A DNA stretch of 51,293 nucleotides from NCBI GenBank assembly GCA_050178385.1, contig JBFXGD010000005.1:1-51293 (forward strand), written 5' to 3'. Numbering within the stretch: the first letter of the stretch is position 1; each line of letters opens with the position of its first letter. A program made the translations under genes and the position numbers. Shown here one piece after another: positions 1-10,533 of the stretch. The notes under the pieces are model-generated. The model worked only from the letters and a program-made list of their open reading frames with translations. It did no database searches and was not told where the DNA came from. Source of the stretch: Calditrichaceae bacterium (lineage in GTDB: Bacteria; Calditrichota; Calditrichia; Calditrichales; JBFXGD01).

Positions 1-265
1 AAGTATGCCGGATGGTTTTATAATGTCTCTGTTTCCAATTTACTGTATCATCCGTTTTTTTTTCACAAATTAATTTTGTTCCATGATCATGTTTTACGGG
101 AATACGGAGGCGGTCGTCTTTGCCTGCTAAGCATGGAGAAATACTCAACGCGGTTCTCTTTGTAAATTGAAAATGATCTGTAAAATACAATATGTCACAC
201 TGGGCCGCATTCCAAAAAAATTCCAATGACGGTAAATACTCTGGTCTGAATGATGATAAATTCAT
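1..265 (-). CDS. WbqC-family protein, 5' part (runs off left edge)
   Basis: Manual translation from ATG at 265 (minus strand), open to the edge: MNLSSFRPEYLPSLEFFWNAAQCDILYFTDHFQFTKR...LRIPVKH...NWKQRHYKTIRHT. Resembles the WbqC pattern (QPxxxPxxxYF, D..QY.KR, L.IPV, W..KH.KT). Not in the supplied ORF track. Confidence 0.7.
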   Translation of the reverse strand, partial: MNLSSFRPEYLPSLEFFWNAAQCDILYFTDHFQFTKRTALSISPCLAGKDDRLRIPVKHDHGTKLICEKKTDDTVNWKQRHYKTIRHT

Positions 266-588
266 AGGATGAACGGAACTTTAATTATCGATTAATTTTT
301 AACTATATAATATTACATTTTTTCCAAATCACATGAATAGCAAATATGTGATAATTATATGATATTTTCAAAATAAAATTATGATTATAGCCAGATTCCT
401 GCTTTAAATGAAACAGTAATGATGTTTTGCAAATAAGTTGCCGGGATAATTTATGTTGATAAAAAATGATTTCCACATTTTATTTATAAATAGCGATGAT
501 TGATCAAAATTATATAAAACAACAGGTTAAGCCAATTAACACAGGAAGATTTTTATATGCGAAAAGGGGAATAAAAAATTTTTATAAA

Positions 589-612
589 AAATGAATGAAT
601 ATTCATTCATTT
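589..612. promoter_or_regulatory. Perfect 24-bp palindromic operator; core matches the FadR(YsiA)-type box TGAATGANTANTCATTCA
   Basis: AAATGAATGAAT/ATTCATTCATTT is a perfect inverted repeat ending 46 bp before the acyl-CoA dehydrogenase start. A degenerate half-site ATTCACTCA lies at 634-642. Confidence 0.8.
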
Positions 613-623
613 CTTATTATATT
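595..623 (+). promoter_or_regulatory. Putative sigma70 promoter of the fad operon, overlapped by the operator
   Basis: ATGAAT (595-600), 17-bp spacer, TATATT (618-623); RBS AGGAGG at 645-650. The region is AT-rich, so the assignment is tentative. Confidence 0.4.
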
Positions 624-658
624 ATAAAAAAGTATTCACTCACCAGGAGGAAAAATAT

Positions 659-2425
659 ATGAAAACAGGCGGCATGTATTTGATTAAACCCGTTGGAGAA
701 GAAGAAATCTTCACGCGGGAAAAATTTTCCGAAGAGCAGAATGAGATCGCTATGCTGACAGAAGAATTTGCCACAGAGCAGATTCTGCCGAAAAAGAAAG
801 AAATCGAGAAGCTCAACGGAGAACTTACTTGTTCTATCATGAAACAGTTGGGTGATCTTGGTCTGTTGGGAGTCGATGTACCCGAAGCATACGGCGGGCT
901 TGGGCTGGGTAAGGTCACGTCCACGATAATTAATGAAAAAGTCACAATGGGACAGAGCGGATCTTTCGGAGTCACATTCTCGGCGCACACAGGTATCGGT
1001 ACCCTCCCAATAGTTCTGTTTGGCAGTGAAGAGCAAAAAATGAAGTATCTGCCCAAGCTGGGCAGCGGAGAGTGGATTAGCGCGTATGGTTTGACCGAAC
1101 CCGGAGCAGGCTCAGATGCCCTTGCCGCCAGGACAACCGCTGTGTTGACTGAAGACGGGAAAGAATACATTTTAAATGGCACAAAGCAATTTATCAGTAA
1201 TGCGGCATGGTGTAAACTAATTATTGTTTACGCGAAAGTGGATGGGGAGCATTTTACAGCATTCCTGGTTGAGACTGCAACACCCGGTGTTGAGATCGGT
1301 CCTGAAGAAGTCAAAATGGGATATAAGGGATCAAGCACCGCAAGCATCATTTTAAATGATGTACATGTCCCGATTGAAAATGTCCTTGGAATTATTGGCA
1401 AAGGACATCAGATTGCCTTTAATATCCTGAATATCGGCAGATATAAATTGGGCGCTGCAGATCTTGGCGCAAGCAAGGCTTGTATTAATGAAGCAAATAA
1501 ATATGCTCTTGAGCGTCATCAGTTTGGACAGCCGATCGCAAATTTTGGCGCGATTAAATCGAAATTTGCCAACATGATTGTACGCACCTATGATCTTGAC
1601 AGTATCCTGTACAGGACTGTAGGCGATATCGATGATTCAATCAGCCAGATCAGCACAGATGACAAAGAGTATTATAAACACATTGTCTCCGCTATCGAAA
1701 CATTTGCCACAGAGGCATCCATGGTTAAAGTTTATGGCAGCGAAGCCTTGTGGCTGACATCGGATGACGGGATTCAGGTATTTGGAGGATATGGATATAC
1801 CGAAGAATATCCGCTCGCGGCTGTAGCCAGAGATACCCGTGTAGATCGCATTTTTGAAGGTACAAACGAAATAAACCGACAGATAATAGCCGGACATTTT
1901 CTTAAAAAAGCCCTGACGGAAGAATTACCGTTCCGTGATCGAATCAAAGAACTAAAAACACTCTTAGCCGGAAAGAAACCCGATATTAAGAGTACCATTC
2001 TTAAGGCAGAGAAGACAGCGCTGGAGTACGCAAAAGCAATCACATTATATGTATTTAATGAGTCAATCATTAAATATGGTCAGGGTTTGAGAAACGAACA
2101 GCAACTGGGTGAAATGCTGGCGGATATGTTTACGGATATTTATGTCATGGACAGCGTATTATCAAGGGTGACATACTATATTGAGAAGAAAGGCTCTGAC
2201 CAGGACAGAATAAGAATAGCGAAAATAAGCGTCGCCGATAAAGTAAACAGGATCATCAGTCATGCGAAGATAGCAATGCTCTCGATACTTGATGGGGATG
2301 AACTTGATAAGGCGTTGGCTGATCTCGATATTCTGGCTAAGGGAGCTGAACTGCGTACACGTCTTTTTCAACTAAAGAGTGATCTTGCTGACAGTCTGTA
2401 TGAAAAAGGGAAATATTCCTGGTAG
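659..2425 (+). CDS. fadE: Acyl-CoA dehydrogenase, long FadE type (588 aa)
   Basis: Motifs YGLTEPGAGSDA, LNGTKQFISN, RHQFGQPIANF, QVFGGYGY, RIFEGTNEINR; C-terminal extension; strong RBS. Confidence 0.92.
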   Translation: MKTGGMYLIKPVGEEEIFTREKFSEEQNEIAMLTEEFATEQILPKKKEIEKLNGELTCSIMKQLGDLGLLGVDVPEAYGGLGLGKVTSTIINEKVTMGQSGSFGVTFSAHTGIGTLPIVLFGSEEQKMKYLPKLGSGEWISAYGLTEPGAGSDALAARTTAVLTEDGKEYILNGTKQFISNAAWCKLIIVYAKVDGEHFTAFLVETATPGVEIGPEEVKMGYKGSSTASIILNDVHVPIENVLGIIGKGHQIAFNILNIGRYKLGAADLGASKACINEANKYALERHQFGQPIANFGAIKSKFANMIVRTYDLDSILYRTVGDIDDSISQISTDDKEYYKHIVSAIETFATEASMVKVYGSEALWLTSDDGIQVFGGYGYTEEYPLAAVARDTRVDRIFEGTNEINRQIIAGHFLKKALTEELPFRDRIKELKTLLAGKKPDIKSTILKAEKTALEYAKAITLYVFNESIIKYGQGLRNEQQLGEMLADMFTDIYVMDSVLSRVTYYIEKKGSDQDRIRIAKISVADKVNRIISHAKIAMLSILDGDELDKALADLDILAKGAELRTRLFQLKSDLADSLYEKGKYSW

Positions 2426-2470
2426 ATATTAATGTGTTGATTTAAAAATTAACAAATTAGGAGAATCAAA

Positions 2471-3607
2471 ATGGCCGAAGAAAAATATGCAGTGATTGTG
2501 GATGCGGTCCGCAGTCCGATTGGCGCAAAAAACGGTAAAATGATCGGTATGCGCGCGGATGAATTAAGCGCTCAGGTTGTAAAGGCATTGCTAAAGAGAA
2601 ATCCTGGGCTTCCACCTGAGAAAATTGAGGATGTGGTTTTGGGATGCGCTTTTCCGGAAGGTTCTCAAGGAATGCTAATGGCCAGAGGAGTCTCAATTCT
2701 TGCCGGGTTACCTATTGAAACGAGCGCCAAGGTTGTGAACCGTTTTTGCGGATCATCAATGGATTCTGTCCATCAGATAAATCAGGCTATTCTGGCCGGC
2801 GATATAGAATGCGGTCTCGCTGTCGGAACCGAAGATATGTTCTCAGTGCCGATGGGCGGTTATAATCCCAGTTTCCATCCTGAACTGGCAAAAAAGAATT
2901 TTTATATGGGGATGGGAGAAACAGCTGAAAATTTAGCGAATGAATTGAAAATTCCAAGAGAAGAACAGGAGGAGTTTTCAGTGGCATCGCACAAAAAAGC
3001 ACTAAAAGCCATAGTTGAAGGCAAATTTAAAAATGAGATCGTACCGGTCGAATTCAATGGTGTGACCATCGATACGGATGAAGGTCCCCGCGAGCCAAAT
3101 ATAGAAAAAATTAAATCACTCAAACCGGTGTTTTTAAAGGATGGATCGATTACCGCGGCAACTTCAAGCCCAATCACCATGGGCGCTGCCGCGGTTCTGG
3201 TAATGAGCAACACTCTCGCCAAAAAACTGAATCTAAAACCAAGAGCAAGAATTATTTCCAGAGCAGTGGCCGGAGTTGAATGGGAATTGATGGGAAAAGG
3301 GCCTATTCCTGCCAGTGAGAAAGCGCTGAAAAAAGCCGGCATGTCAATCAAGGATATGGATTTTATTGAATTGAATGAAGCATTTGCCGCCCAGTCTCTA
3401 TATGTAATCAAAAAAACCGGATGGCCGATGGAGAAAATTAATCTTCATGGCGGAGCAATTGCTTTGGGTCACCCACTGGGTTGTTCGGGAGCACGCATTC
3501 TCACTACCCTGTTAAATGTGATGGAACAGAACAATGGTAAATATGGTCTGGCCACAATGTGTATCGGAACCGGACAGGGAATTGCAACCGTCATCGAACG
3601 AATGTAG
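2471..3607 (+). CDS. fadA: Acetyl-CoA C-acyltransferase (3-ketoacyl-CoA thiolase)
   Basis: NRFCGSS (catalytic Cys), ELNEAFAAQ, GGAIALGHPLGCSG, MCIGTGQG. Confidence 0.93.
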   Translation: MAEEKYAVIVDAVRSPIGAKNGKMIGMRADELSAQVVKALLKRNPGLPPEKIEDVVLGCAFPEGSQGMLMARGVSILAGLPIETSAKVVNRFCGSSMDSVHQINQAILAGDIECGLAVGTEDMFSVPMGGYNPSFHPELAKKNFYMGMGETAENLANELKIPREEQEEFSVASHKKALKAIVEGKFKNEIVPVEFNGVTIDTDEGPREPNIEKIKSLKPVFLKDGSITAATSSPITMGAAAVLVMSNTLAKKLNLKPRARIISRAVAGVEWELMGKGPIPASEKALKKAGMSIKDMDFIELNEAFAAQSLYVIKKTGWPMEKINLHGGAIALGHPLGCSGARILTTLLNVMEQNNGKYGLATMCIGTGQGIATVIERM

Positions 3608-3618
3608 GGGGAGCAGAC

Positions 3619-5955
3619 ATGGAAAATAAAATCAAAAAAGTGGCTGTACTGGGTGCGGGCGTCATGGGCAGCCAGATAGCGGCGCATTTGTCCAATGCCG
3701 GCATTCCTTCCTTACTGTTTGACATGAACCAGGAGCTTTCAGAAAAAGGACTGGCAACTGCATTGAAGCTAAAGCCGGCGCCTTTTTACAATCCTAAGAC
3801 AGCCGGTTTGATAAAATGCTGTAATTATGATGATCATCTGGACTTAATGGCGGAAGCCGATTGGGTAATTGAAGTGATCGCTGAACGTCTTGACTGGAAA
3901 CAATCTCTCTTTAAACGGATAGAGCCGGTGTTGAAAAAAGGCGCCATTATTAGTTCGAATACATCAGGATTGTTGATATCGGATATGCTTGAGGGCCGGA
4001 CTGATGCATTCAAACAAAATTTTTTAGTGACTCATTTTTTCAATCCCCCGAGATACATGCGTCTTCTTGAAATAATACCGGGTCCGGATACCAGATCGGA
4101 TACATTAAATACTATCGTGGATTTTTGTGAAAACACTCTTGGTAAAGGTATCGTTTACGCGAAAGACACCACAAATTTTATCGCGAACCGGATCGGTGTT
4201 TACGGGATGATGCTTACGATGGATCTGGCGAAAAAAACGGGATTCTCTGTTGAAGAAGTGGATAAACTTACCGGGCCGATTCTTGGACGTCCAAAGAGCG
4301 CGACATTCAGAACCGCGGATGTCGTTGGTCTGGATACACTGGCGCACGTCTCTGTGTCATCGTATGAAAAATGCCCGGATGACGAACAGCGCGAACTCTT
4401 TAAAATCCCGGATTATCTGCAGAAGATGATTGAGAATGGCTGGCTTGGGCAGAAAACAGGCGTCGGTTTTTATAAAAAAGAAGGAAAAAATATCCTCTCT
4501 CTTAATTTAGACTCGCTTGAGTTCGGGCCACAGAAACCGGTCAGGTTTACAAGCTATAAAAACGCGAAATCCTACACGACAACGGCTGAACGAATAAGAG
4601 AACTGGCTTACAGTGATGATAAGGCAGGAGAGTTTCTCTGGGAATTACTTTCAAACACATTGATTTATTCAGCCAACAGAATTCCTGAGATTGCAGATGA
4701 CGTGGTTAATATCGACAGAGCTCTGCGCTGGGGATTTGGCTGGGAGCTTGGGCCGTTTGAATGTTGGGACGCGATTGGTCTTGAGAGATCCGTTAAACGT
4801 ATGGAATCACAAGGAAAGAAAATACCGGCCTGGATAAAGGAGATGTTGAAAAAAGGCTATGAGTCATTCTATGAAATGAAGGAAAAAAAGGAATGGTTCT
4901 ATTCAATTGCGAAGGATTCGTATGAGGAAATTCCCGTATCCAAAAGATTTGTAAAGCCGTCCCTACAGGGTTCGCGCAAGAATAAAAATTGGTGCGCGAG
5001 CATTTATGATATCGGTGACGGCGTAGGGTATCTGGATTTTCACAGCGTGCTCCAGCCAGCCATGAATCCGGTGGACGGATCGATTATGGATATGATGGCC
5101 GAATCTTTGCATGCTGTTCCAAAATACGGGTTTAAGGGATTGGTGATTGGAAGTCAGGGGCCGAATTTCTCGGCCGGGGCAAATCTGCAGATGATTCTGG
5201 AGCTGAGCAAGGCAAAACAATGGAAAGCCCTGGATATGATCAGTAAAACACTGCAGGATTTGACACAGGCAATGAAGTTTGCAAAATTTCCCGTCGTAAG
5301 CGTACCCTTCAATATAACCCTGGGCGGCGGTTTTGAGATTGCAGCCTGCGCGGATCAAATTGTAGCTTCCGCGGAGTTATACTGCGGAGCGGTTGAAGTT
5401 GGTGTCGGACTCATTCCGGGCGCGGGTGGTAATCTACGGATCTTGCTGAACTTTATGGATTCGATGGCTAAAGGCAGATCCGGACCATTTCCACCGGTAC
5501 AAAAAGCGTTTGAAACTATTGGGTTTGCAAAAGTTTCGTCTTCAGCAAAAGAAGCGGTTGCTTTCGGATATCTTAAGAAAAGCGATAAAATAGTAATCAA
5601 TCCGGAACATCTGATTTATGAAGCAAAGCAGACCATTTTGGAGTTTGCAAAAGAGTACAAAGCACCTGAAGAGAGAAAAGACCTTATTCTTCCGGGAGAA
5701 GACGGTTTTCTTGTTCTAAAGGACGGACTCAATAATTTTGTAAAACAAGGGGTAATCAGCGAACACGATAAACTGATTGGTGAAAAATTATCCTATGTTT
5801 TAACAGGAGGATCCAAGGCGTCGACCGTGAATCCGGTGAGTGAGCAATATCTTCTTGATCTGGAACGGGAAGCATTTGTCAGTTTGTGCGGTGACAAGCT
5901 CAGCCAGGATAGAATGGCGCATATGTTAAAAACAGGAAAACCTTTAAGAAATTAA
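3619..5955 (+). CDS. fadN: 3-hydroxyacyl-CoA dehydrogenase / enoyl-CoA hydratase fusion (FadN architecture, HADH domain N-terminal)
   Basis: Start moved to ATG 3619 (MENKIKKVAVLGAGVMG) after the GGGGAG RBS. HADH motifs SNTSG, HFFNPPRYM, NFIANRIG; C-terminal crotonase motifs FSAGANL, LGGGFE, EVGVGLIPGAGG. Confidence 0.9.
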   Translation: MENKIKKVAVLGAGVMGSQIAAHLSNAGIPSLLFDMNQELSEKGLATALKLKPAPFYNPKTAGLIKCCNYDDHLDLMAEADWVIEVIAERLDWKQSLFKRIEPVLKKGAIISSNTSGLLISDMLEGRTDAFKQNFLVTHFFNPPRYMRLLEIIPGPDTRSDTLNTIVDFCENTLGKGIVYAKDTTNFIANRIGVYGMMLTMDLAKKTGFSVEEVDKLTGPILGRPKSATFRTADVVGLDTLAHVSVSSYEKCPDDEQRELFKIPDYLQKMIENGWLGQKTGVGFYKKEGKNILSLNLDSLEFGPQKPVRFTSYKNAKSYTTTAERIRELAYSDDKAGEFLWELLSNTLIYSANRIPEIADDVVNIDRALRWGFGWELGPFECWDAIGLERSVKRMESQGKKIPAWIKEMLKKGYESFYEMKEKKEWFYSIAKDSYEEIPVSKRFVKPSLQGSRKNKNWCASIYDIGDGVGYLDFHSVLQPAMNPVDGSIMDMMAESLHAVPKYGFKGLVIGSQGPNFSAGANLQMILELSKAKQWKALDMISKTLQDLTQAMKFAKFPVVSVPFNITLGGGFEIAACADQIVASAELYCGAVEVGVGLIPGAGGNLRILLNFMDSMAKGRSGPFPPVQKAFETIGFAKVSSSAKEAVAFGYLKKSDKIVINPEHLIYEAKQTILEFAKEYKAPEERKDLILPGEDGFLVLKDGLNNFVKQGVISEHDKLIGEKLSYVLTGGSKASTVNPVSEQYLLDLEREAFVSLCGDKLSQDRMAHMLKTGKPLRN

Positions 5956-5961
5956 ATCTAC

Positions 5962-5989
5962 AGGCGGTCCTACCGGGCCGCCTTTTTTT
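5962..5989 (+). terminator. Rho-independent terminator of the fad operon
   Basis: Stem-loop AGGCGGTCC-TACC-GGGCCGCCT followed by a T run, just after the stop codon. Confidence 0.88.
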
Positions 5990-6121
5990 GTTCTTAATTA
6001 ATTTTTTACTGAAATGGCGCTTATATTTTAATTTTTCGGTATAGAATATTTTTGTATTTGCAGGACAGCGTAATTCGAATAATATTTCTTTATTAAATAG
6101 AAGAAAACCCATACAAAATAC

Positions 6122-6150
6122 TTGACTGTTCAGTAGTTTCATGTTATATT
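6122..6150 (+). promoter_or_regulatory. sigma70 promoter of the rplM operon, with extended -10
   Basis: TTGACT (6122-6127), 17-bp spacer, TATATT (6145-6150), TG at 6142-6143; AGGAGG RBS at 6185-6190. Confidence 0.8.
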
Positions 6151-6196
6151 CGCAATTCGTCTTTTAAAATTTTAGATTTAGATCAGGAGGTTAGTC

Positions 6197-6634
6197 TTGA
6201 AAACATATATTGCGCGAGAGAATGAGGTTGAAGATTCAAAGCGTTGGTATATTATTGATGCGGAAGATCAGGTTCTTGGCCGAATGGCAAGTCAGATTGC
6301 GCATATTTTACGTGGGAAAAATAAACCGTTTTATTCACCTCATCAGGATACCGGTGATTTTATCGTCGTAGTCAATGCGGAAAAGGTAAAATTGACCGGG
6401 AAAAAAATGTTGAATAAAACCTATTTTCGTCATTCAGGATATCCAGGCGGGCAGACAATCACATCAGTAGCGCTGATGTTACAGCATCATCCTGAACGTG
6501 TACTTGAAAATGCCGTAAAAAGAATGTTGCCGAAAAACGCGCTTGGAAGACAAATGTTGAAAAAGCTGAAAGTGTATGCAGGTGGTGAGCATCCGCATAA
6601 AGCTCAGCAGCCCACAGAACTCAAAATGAATTAA
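6197..6634 (+). CDS. rplM: 50S ribosomal protein L13
   Basis: [49 protein letters not shown] start. Confidence 0.98.
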   Translation: MKTYIARENEVEDSKRWYIIDAEDQVLGRMASQIAHILRGKNKPFYSPHQDTGDFIVVVNAEKVKLTGKKMLNKTYFRHSGYPGGQTITSVALMLQHHPERVLENAVKRMLPKNALGRQMLKKLKVYAGGEHPHKAQQPTELKMN

Positions 6635-6645
6635 TATAGCAGGAG

Positions 6646-7041
6646 ATGTCATTGATGGAAGTTTACACTGCAGTAGGCCGGCGGAAAGAGGCTGTTGCTC
6701 GTGTGAGAATGACGCCGGGTAACGGAAAAATCGTCGTTAACGGCAAAGACCTGATTGAATTTTTTAAGCGTGAAACGCTGAAAATGGATATCATGCAACC
6801 ACTCGAGCTCACCGAAAACACCGATAAATTTGATTTTCATGTAAACGTTAACGGTGGCGGATTAAGCGGACAAGCTGGCGCGGTCCGGCTTGGAATCGCA
6901 AGAGCTCTGTTAGTTTACAGTGAAGACTATCGTTCTGAGCTGAGGCGAGGTGGTTTTCTTACGCGTGATCCGAGAGAAAAGGAAAGAAGGAAATACGGAT
7001 TGGCGAAAGCCCGTAAACGTTATCAGTTCTCAAAACGTTAA
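6646..7041 (+). CDS. rpsI: 30S ribosomal protein S9
   Basis: [47 protein letters not shown]. Confidence 0.98.
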   Translation: MSLMEVYTAVGRRKEAVARVRMTPGNGKIVVNGKDLIEFFKRETLKMDIMQPLELTENTDKFDFHVNVNGGGLSGQAGAVRLGIARALLVYSEDYRSELRRGGFLTRDPREKERRKYGLAKARKRYQFSKR

Positions 7042-7124
7042 TCAGAAACAAATCAGGATTTTGGCTGCTTTTTATGCATTAGCAGCAGCACGAGAAAGCC
7101 GTGCATCTTTAAATTAAACTGAAA

Positions 7125-7215
7125 CTAATCACACACATCGATTGTTCTCCCTTCGGGTGTCCATAAAAAGTATGGATTGAAGAGGATTAAGAGATCGGTG
7201 GAGGATTAACCCAAA
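7125..7215 (+). ncRNA. rpsB leader (S2 autoregulatory / t44-type cis-regulatory RNA)
   Basis: Carries the hallmarks of the E. coli rpsB leader in order: CACACAC...CGGGTG...GTGGAGG.TAACCC, immediately upstream of the rpsB RBS. Boundaries approximate. Confidence 0.8.
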
Positions 7216-7229
7216 CCAAGGAGAATGTT

Positions 7230-8081
7230 ATGCCTGCAGCAACATTAGAGCAGTTGTTATCCTCTGGCGCACATTTTGGCCATTTGACCCGCCGCTGGGA
7301 TCCCAAGATGAAAGAATATATTTTCATGCAAAAGAATGGGATTCATATCATCGATTTGAAGAAGACGCAGAGTAACCTGGACAAGGCTATCGACGCCATA
7401 AAAAAAATAGTGGCTGACGGTTATGATGTTTTGTTTGTTGGAACAAAACTACAGGCCAAAGAAATTATTGTCGCGGAAGCGAATCGCTGTAACCAGTTTT
7501 ATGTTACTCATCGCTGGCTTGGCGGAATGCTCACCAATTTCACCACAATAAAAAAATCAATTAAGCATTATAAGAATCTGGATAAAATGGGGACAGACGG
7601 TACCTACGAAAAGATTTCGAAGAAGGAACGTCTGAATATTGATCGCGATAAAGAAAAATTATACGCTGTGCTCAGTGGAATTGAAGAAATGAAGCGTCTC
7701 CCGGGAGCTATTTTTATTGTTGATACGAAAAAAGAACACATTGCTGTTAATGAAGCTCGTAAAATGAATATTCCTTTATTCGCAATGGTTGACACCAATT
7801 CTGATCCTACTGTTATTGATTATCCGATTCCCGCAAATGATGATGCTGCTAAAAGTATAAGCCTGATTGTCAGCAAAATCGCGGATGCCATAGCAGAAGC
7901 AAAGCACAAATCGAATGAAGAAAAAGCTCTGAATGAAGCGGTAAAGGCTGAAAAAGTTGAATTAGCCGAAAAGACTGAAAAGACTGACAGACCTGAAAAA
8001 AGAGCGCCAAAAGTAAGAAAAGAAACAAAAAAAGATATCAATAGAGAACCGGGCGAAGATAAAGACGCCGGTAAGGAGTAG
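7230..8081 (+). CDS. rpsB: 30S ribosomal protein S2 with charged C-terminal extension
   Basis: [39 protein letters not shown]. Confidence 0.98.
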   Translation: MPAATLEQLLSSGAHFGHLTRRWDPKMKEYIFMQKNGIHIIDLKKTQSNLDKAIDAIKKIVADGYDVLFVGTKLQAKEIIVAEANRCNQFYVTHRWLGGMLTNFTTIKKSIKHYKNLDKMGTDGTYEKISKKERLNIDRDKEKLYAVLSGIEEMKRLPGAIFIVDTKKEHIAVNEARKMNIPLFAMVDTNSDPTVIDYPIPANDDAAKSISLIVSKIADAIAEAKHKSNEEKALNEAVKAEKVELAEKTEKTDRPEKRAPKVRKETKKDINREPGEDKDAGKE

Positions 8082-8085
8082 TATA

Positions 8086-8682
8086 ATGGCTGAAATAACT
8101 GCAGCATTGGTTAAGGAACTGCGCGATAAAACAGGCGCCGGAATGATGGATTGTAAAAATGCGCTTACGGAATCCGGCGGCGATATGGAAAAAGCAATGG
8201 ATTATCTGCGAAAAAAGGGTATCGCGAAAGCCGCCAAAAGAGCTGACCGCGAAGTCAAAGAAGGAATAGTTGAATCATATATTCACCCCGGAAGTAAGTT
8301 GGGTGTGCTTTTAGAAGTAAACTGCGAAACTGATTTTGTTGCCAATACAGATGATTTTAAAAGTTTTGCGCGTAATCTGGCAATGCATGTCGCGGCATCC
8401 AATCCTCTGGTTGTCCGTCGTGAACAGTTGGACCAGGAGATTATAAACAAAGAGCTGGAAATTTATAAAGATCAGTCAAGGGATCAGGGAAAACCTGAAA
8501 ATATCATTGAGAAAATTGCACAGGGAAAGCTTGAAAAGTACTATACGGAAGTTTGTCTTTTAGAGCAGGCTTATGTGAAAGATCCGAATAAAACTATCCA
8601 GGATTTGATTGCTGAAACTGTCGCAAAAGTTGGTGAAAATGTAACTATAAAGCAGTTTGCGCGATTCCGAATCGGAGAATAA
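8086..8682 (+). CDS. tsf: Elongation factor Ts, short form (198 aa)
   Basis: [29 protein letters not shown]; follows rpsB. Confidence 0.97.
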   Translation: MAEITAALVKELRDKTGAGMMDCKNALTESGGDMEKAMDYLRKKGIAKAAKRADREVKEGIVESYIHPGSKLGVLLEVNCETDFVANTDDFKSFARNLAMHVAASNPLVVRREQLDQEIINKELEIYKDQSRDQGKPENIIEKIAQGKLEKYYTEVCLLEQAYVKDPNKTIQDLIAETVAKVGENVTIKQFARFRIGE

Positions 8683-8684
8683 TT

Positions 8685-9407
8685 TTGTCAGGACTCGTTC
8701 CAAGATACAAAAGAATATTGTTGAAACTGAGTGGTGAATCTTTAGCCGGTGAGCGTAAATCAGGAATTGACACCGGTATTCTGGAAATTTTTTCTAATGA
8801 AGTTCAAAAGATTCACGAACTTGGAGTCGAACTCGGAATTGTTATTGGCGGAGGGAATATATTCCGCGGTATTTCCGAGAACGCAAAGACCATGGACAGG
8901 GTGACTGCCGATCATATGGGAATGCTGGCGACAGTGATTAATGCTTTGGCGTTACAAGATGCGCTTGAAAGAAAAGGAATTTTTACCCGGGTTATGACTG
9001 CTGTGGATATGCAGGAATTCGCCGAACCGTTTATACGCAGGAAGGCAATCCGCCACCTGGAAAAGGGCCGGGTTGTGATATTTGGAGCCGGAACAGGAAA
9101 TCCATATTTTACAACTGATACCGCAGCCGTACTTCGTGCTGTAGAAATAAAAGCAGATGTGATTCTGAAAGGCACCCGTGTGGATGGTGTCTATGATGCT
9201 GATCCTGAAAAAGTTAAAGATGCGGTCAAATTTGAAAAACTGAGATACCTTGATATTGTAAATAAAGGTTTAAAAGTAATGGATACGACGGCAATTACTC
9301 TTTCGATGGACAATAAACTGCCGATCATCGTATTCAATTTTGATAAACCCGACAACTTAAAAAGGATAATTCTTGGCGAACCAATTGGGACCAAAGTGCA
9401 GGGGTGA
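8685..9407 (+). CDS. pyrH: UMP kinase
   Basis: [41 protein letters not shown]. Confidence 0.98.
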   Translation: MSGLVPRYKRILLKLSGESLAGERKSGIDTGILEIFSNEVQKIHELGVELGIVIGGGNIFRGISENAKTMDRVTADHMGMLATVINALALQDALERKGIFTRVMTAVDMQEFAEPFIRRKAIRHLEKGRVVIFGAGTGNPYFTTDTAAVLRAVEIKADVILKGTRVDGVYDADPEKVKDAVKFEKLRYLDIVNKGLKVMDTTAITLSMDNKLPIIVFNFDKPDNLKRIILGEPIGTKVQG

Positions 9408-9410
9408 TTT

Positions 9411-9971
9411 ATGGATGCAAATGAAATAGTAAAGGATGCAAAGCACAGAATGGCTCGGGCGGTGGAAACCTTCCAGGATGAACTTGCGAAGATACGCACC
9501 GGTAGAGCAACACCGGCTTTGCTGGATTCAATTAAAGTTGAATATTACGGACAGAAAGTACCGCTATCCCAGGCGGCGACAGTCAGTGCTCCTGAGCCTC
9601 GGATGATTATTGTTCAACCCTGGGAAAAAAGTATGCTTGGAGAGATCGAAAGAGAAATCCTGAAGGCGGATCTTGGTTTTAATCCCAGTAATGACGGGAC
9701 AATTATAAGAATCCCAATTCCCAGATTAAGTGAAGAGCGCAGAAAAGATCTTGTAAAACTTGTAAAGAAATTTTCTGAAGACGGAAGGGTTTCCGTACGC
9801 AATGTGCGCAGGGACGCCAATGATCACCTTAAAAAACTTGAAAAAGGTCATGAGATCTCCGAAGATGAATTGAGCATTTATCTGGATGAAATACAGGAAT
9901 TGACTGATTCGCACATAAAAGATATTGACGACATTATGGCTAAAAAAGAAAAAGAAGTCATGGAAGTTTAA
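9411..9971 (+). CDS. frr: Ribosome recycling factor
   Basis: IRTGRATPALLD, NPSNDG, LSEERRKDLVK, RVSVRNVRRDAN. Confidence 0.98.
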   Translation: MDANEIVKDAKHRMARAVETFQDELAKIRTGRATPALLDSIKVEYYGQKVPLSQAATVSAPEPRMIIVQPWEKSMLGEIEREILKADLGFNPSNDGTIIRIPIPRLSEERRKDLVKLVKKFSEDGRVSVRNVRRDANDHLKKLEKGHEISEDELSIYLDEIQELTDSHIKDIDDIMAKKEKEVMEV

Positions 9972-10002
9972 AAGACTAATCTTAAAAAATGTTTAATTTC
10001 TG

Positions 10003-10038
10003 AGCCGGAAAAGATAACTTTTCCGGCTTTTTGTTTTT
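10003..10038 (+). terminator. Rho-independent terminator after frr
   Basis: Perfect 11-bp stem AGCCGGAAAAG-ATAA-CTTTTCCGGCT followed by T-rich tail. Confidence 0.9.
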
Positions 10039-10533
10039 AAAAAACTAGAACCCCAACCCCCTCAATATATTCAAAATCCGAATTAAAATTTGATATAAAA
10101 ATTGTGTAAAAAATTTCAATTGATAAATTAAATATGATATTCGCGAATCGGAATAGTTTGAATTCTATATCCGGTAAATCATATTTATCCCTGCTTATTG
10201 AATAAATCCGGCAATTATATTCTCGACGCTATAACATATAGATCCTCTCCATTTTTTCCTGTTATTACAATTTCGAAACTGAATCAAATCTAATCTCGAG
10301 AGATGAGTTTTTAAAATATTGTAAAATGTCAAGTATTTCGGAATTTTATGACATAAAACACACTTCATATTTTAATATATAGTTATCATACCAACAAAGA
10401 GAATTTTACTTTAATCGTGGTTAATCAATCGGTTGCAGTTCTAAATGGAATGTGACCAATCCAGGATGGATCAAAATTCAGGGATGAAATTGATCATTAA
10501 AATTGTTTGAATGCGTAAATCAAAAGTTGCATC

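Noticed and set aside
3559..3618. Longest-ORF starts for fadN, and likewise at 19605, 37797, 42645, 45067 and 47628
   Set aside because: Downstream starts have better RBS, restore signal peptides or domain boundaries, and avoid overlaps.
617..5600. Antisense ORFs over the fad genes and similar short overlapping ORFs throughout the window
   Set aside because: They overlap well-supported genes and show no recognisable motifs.
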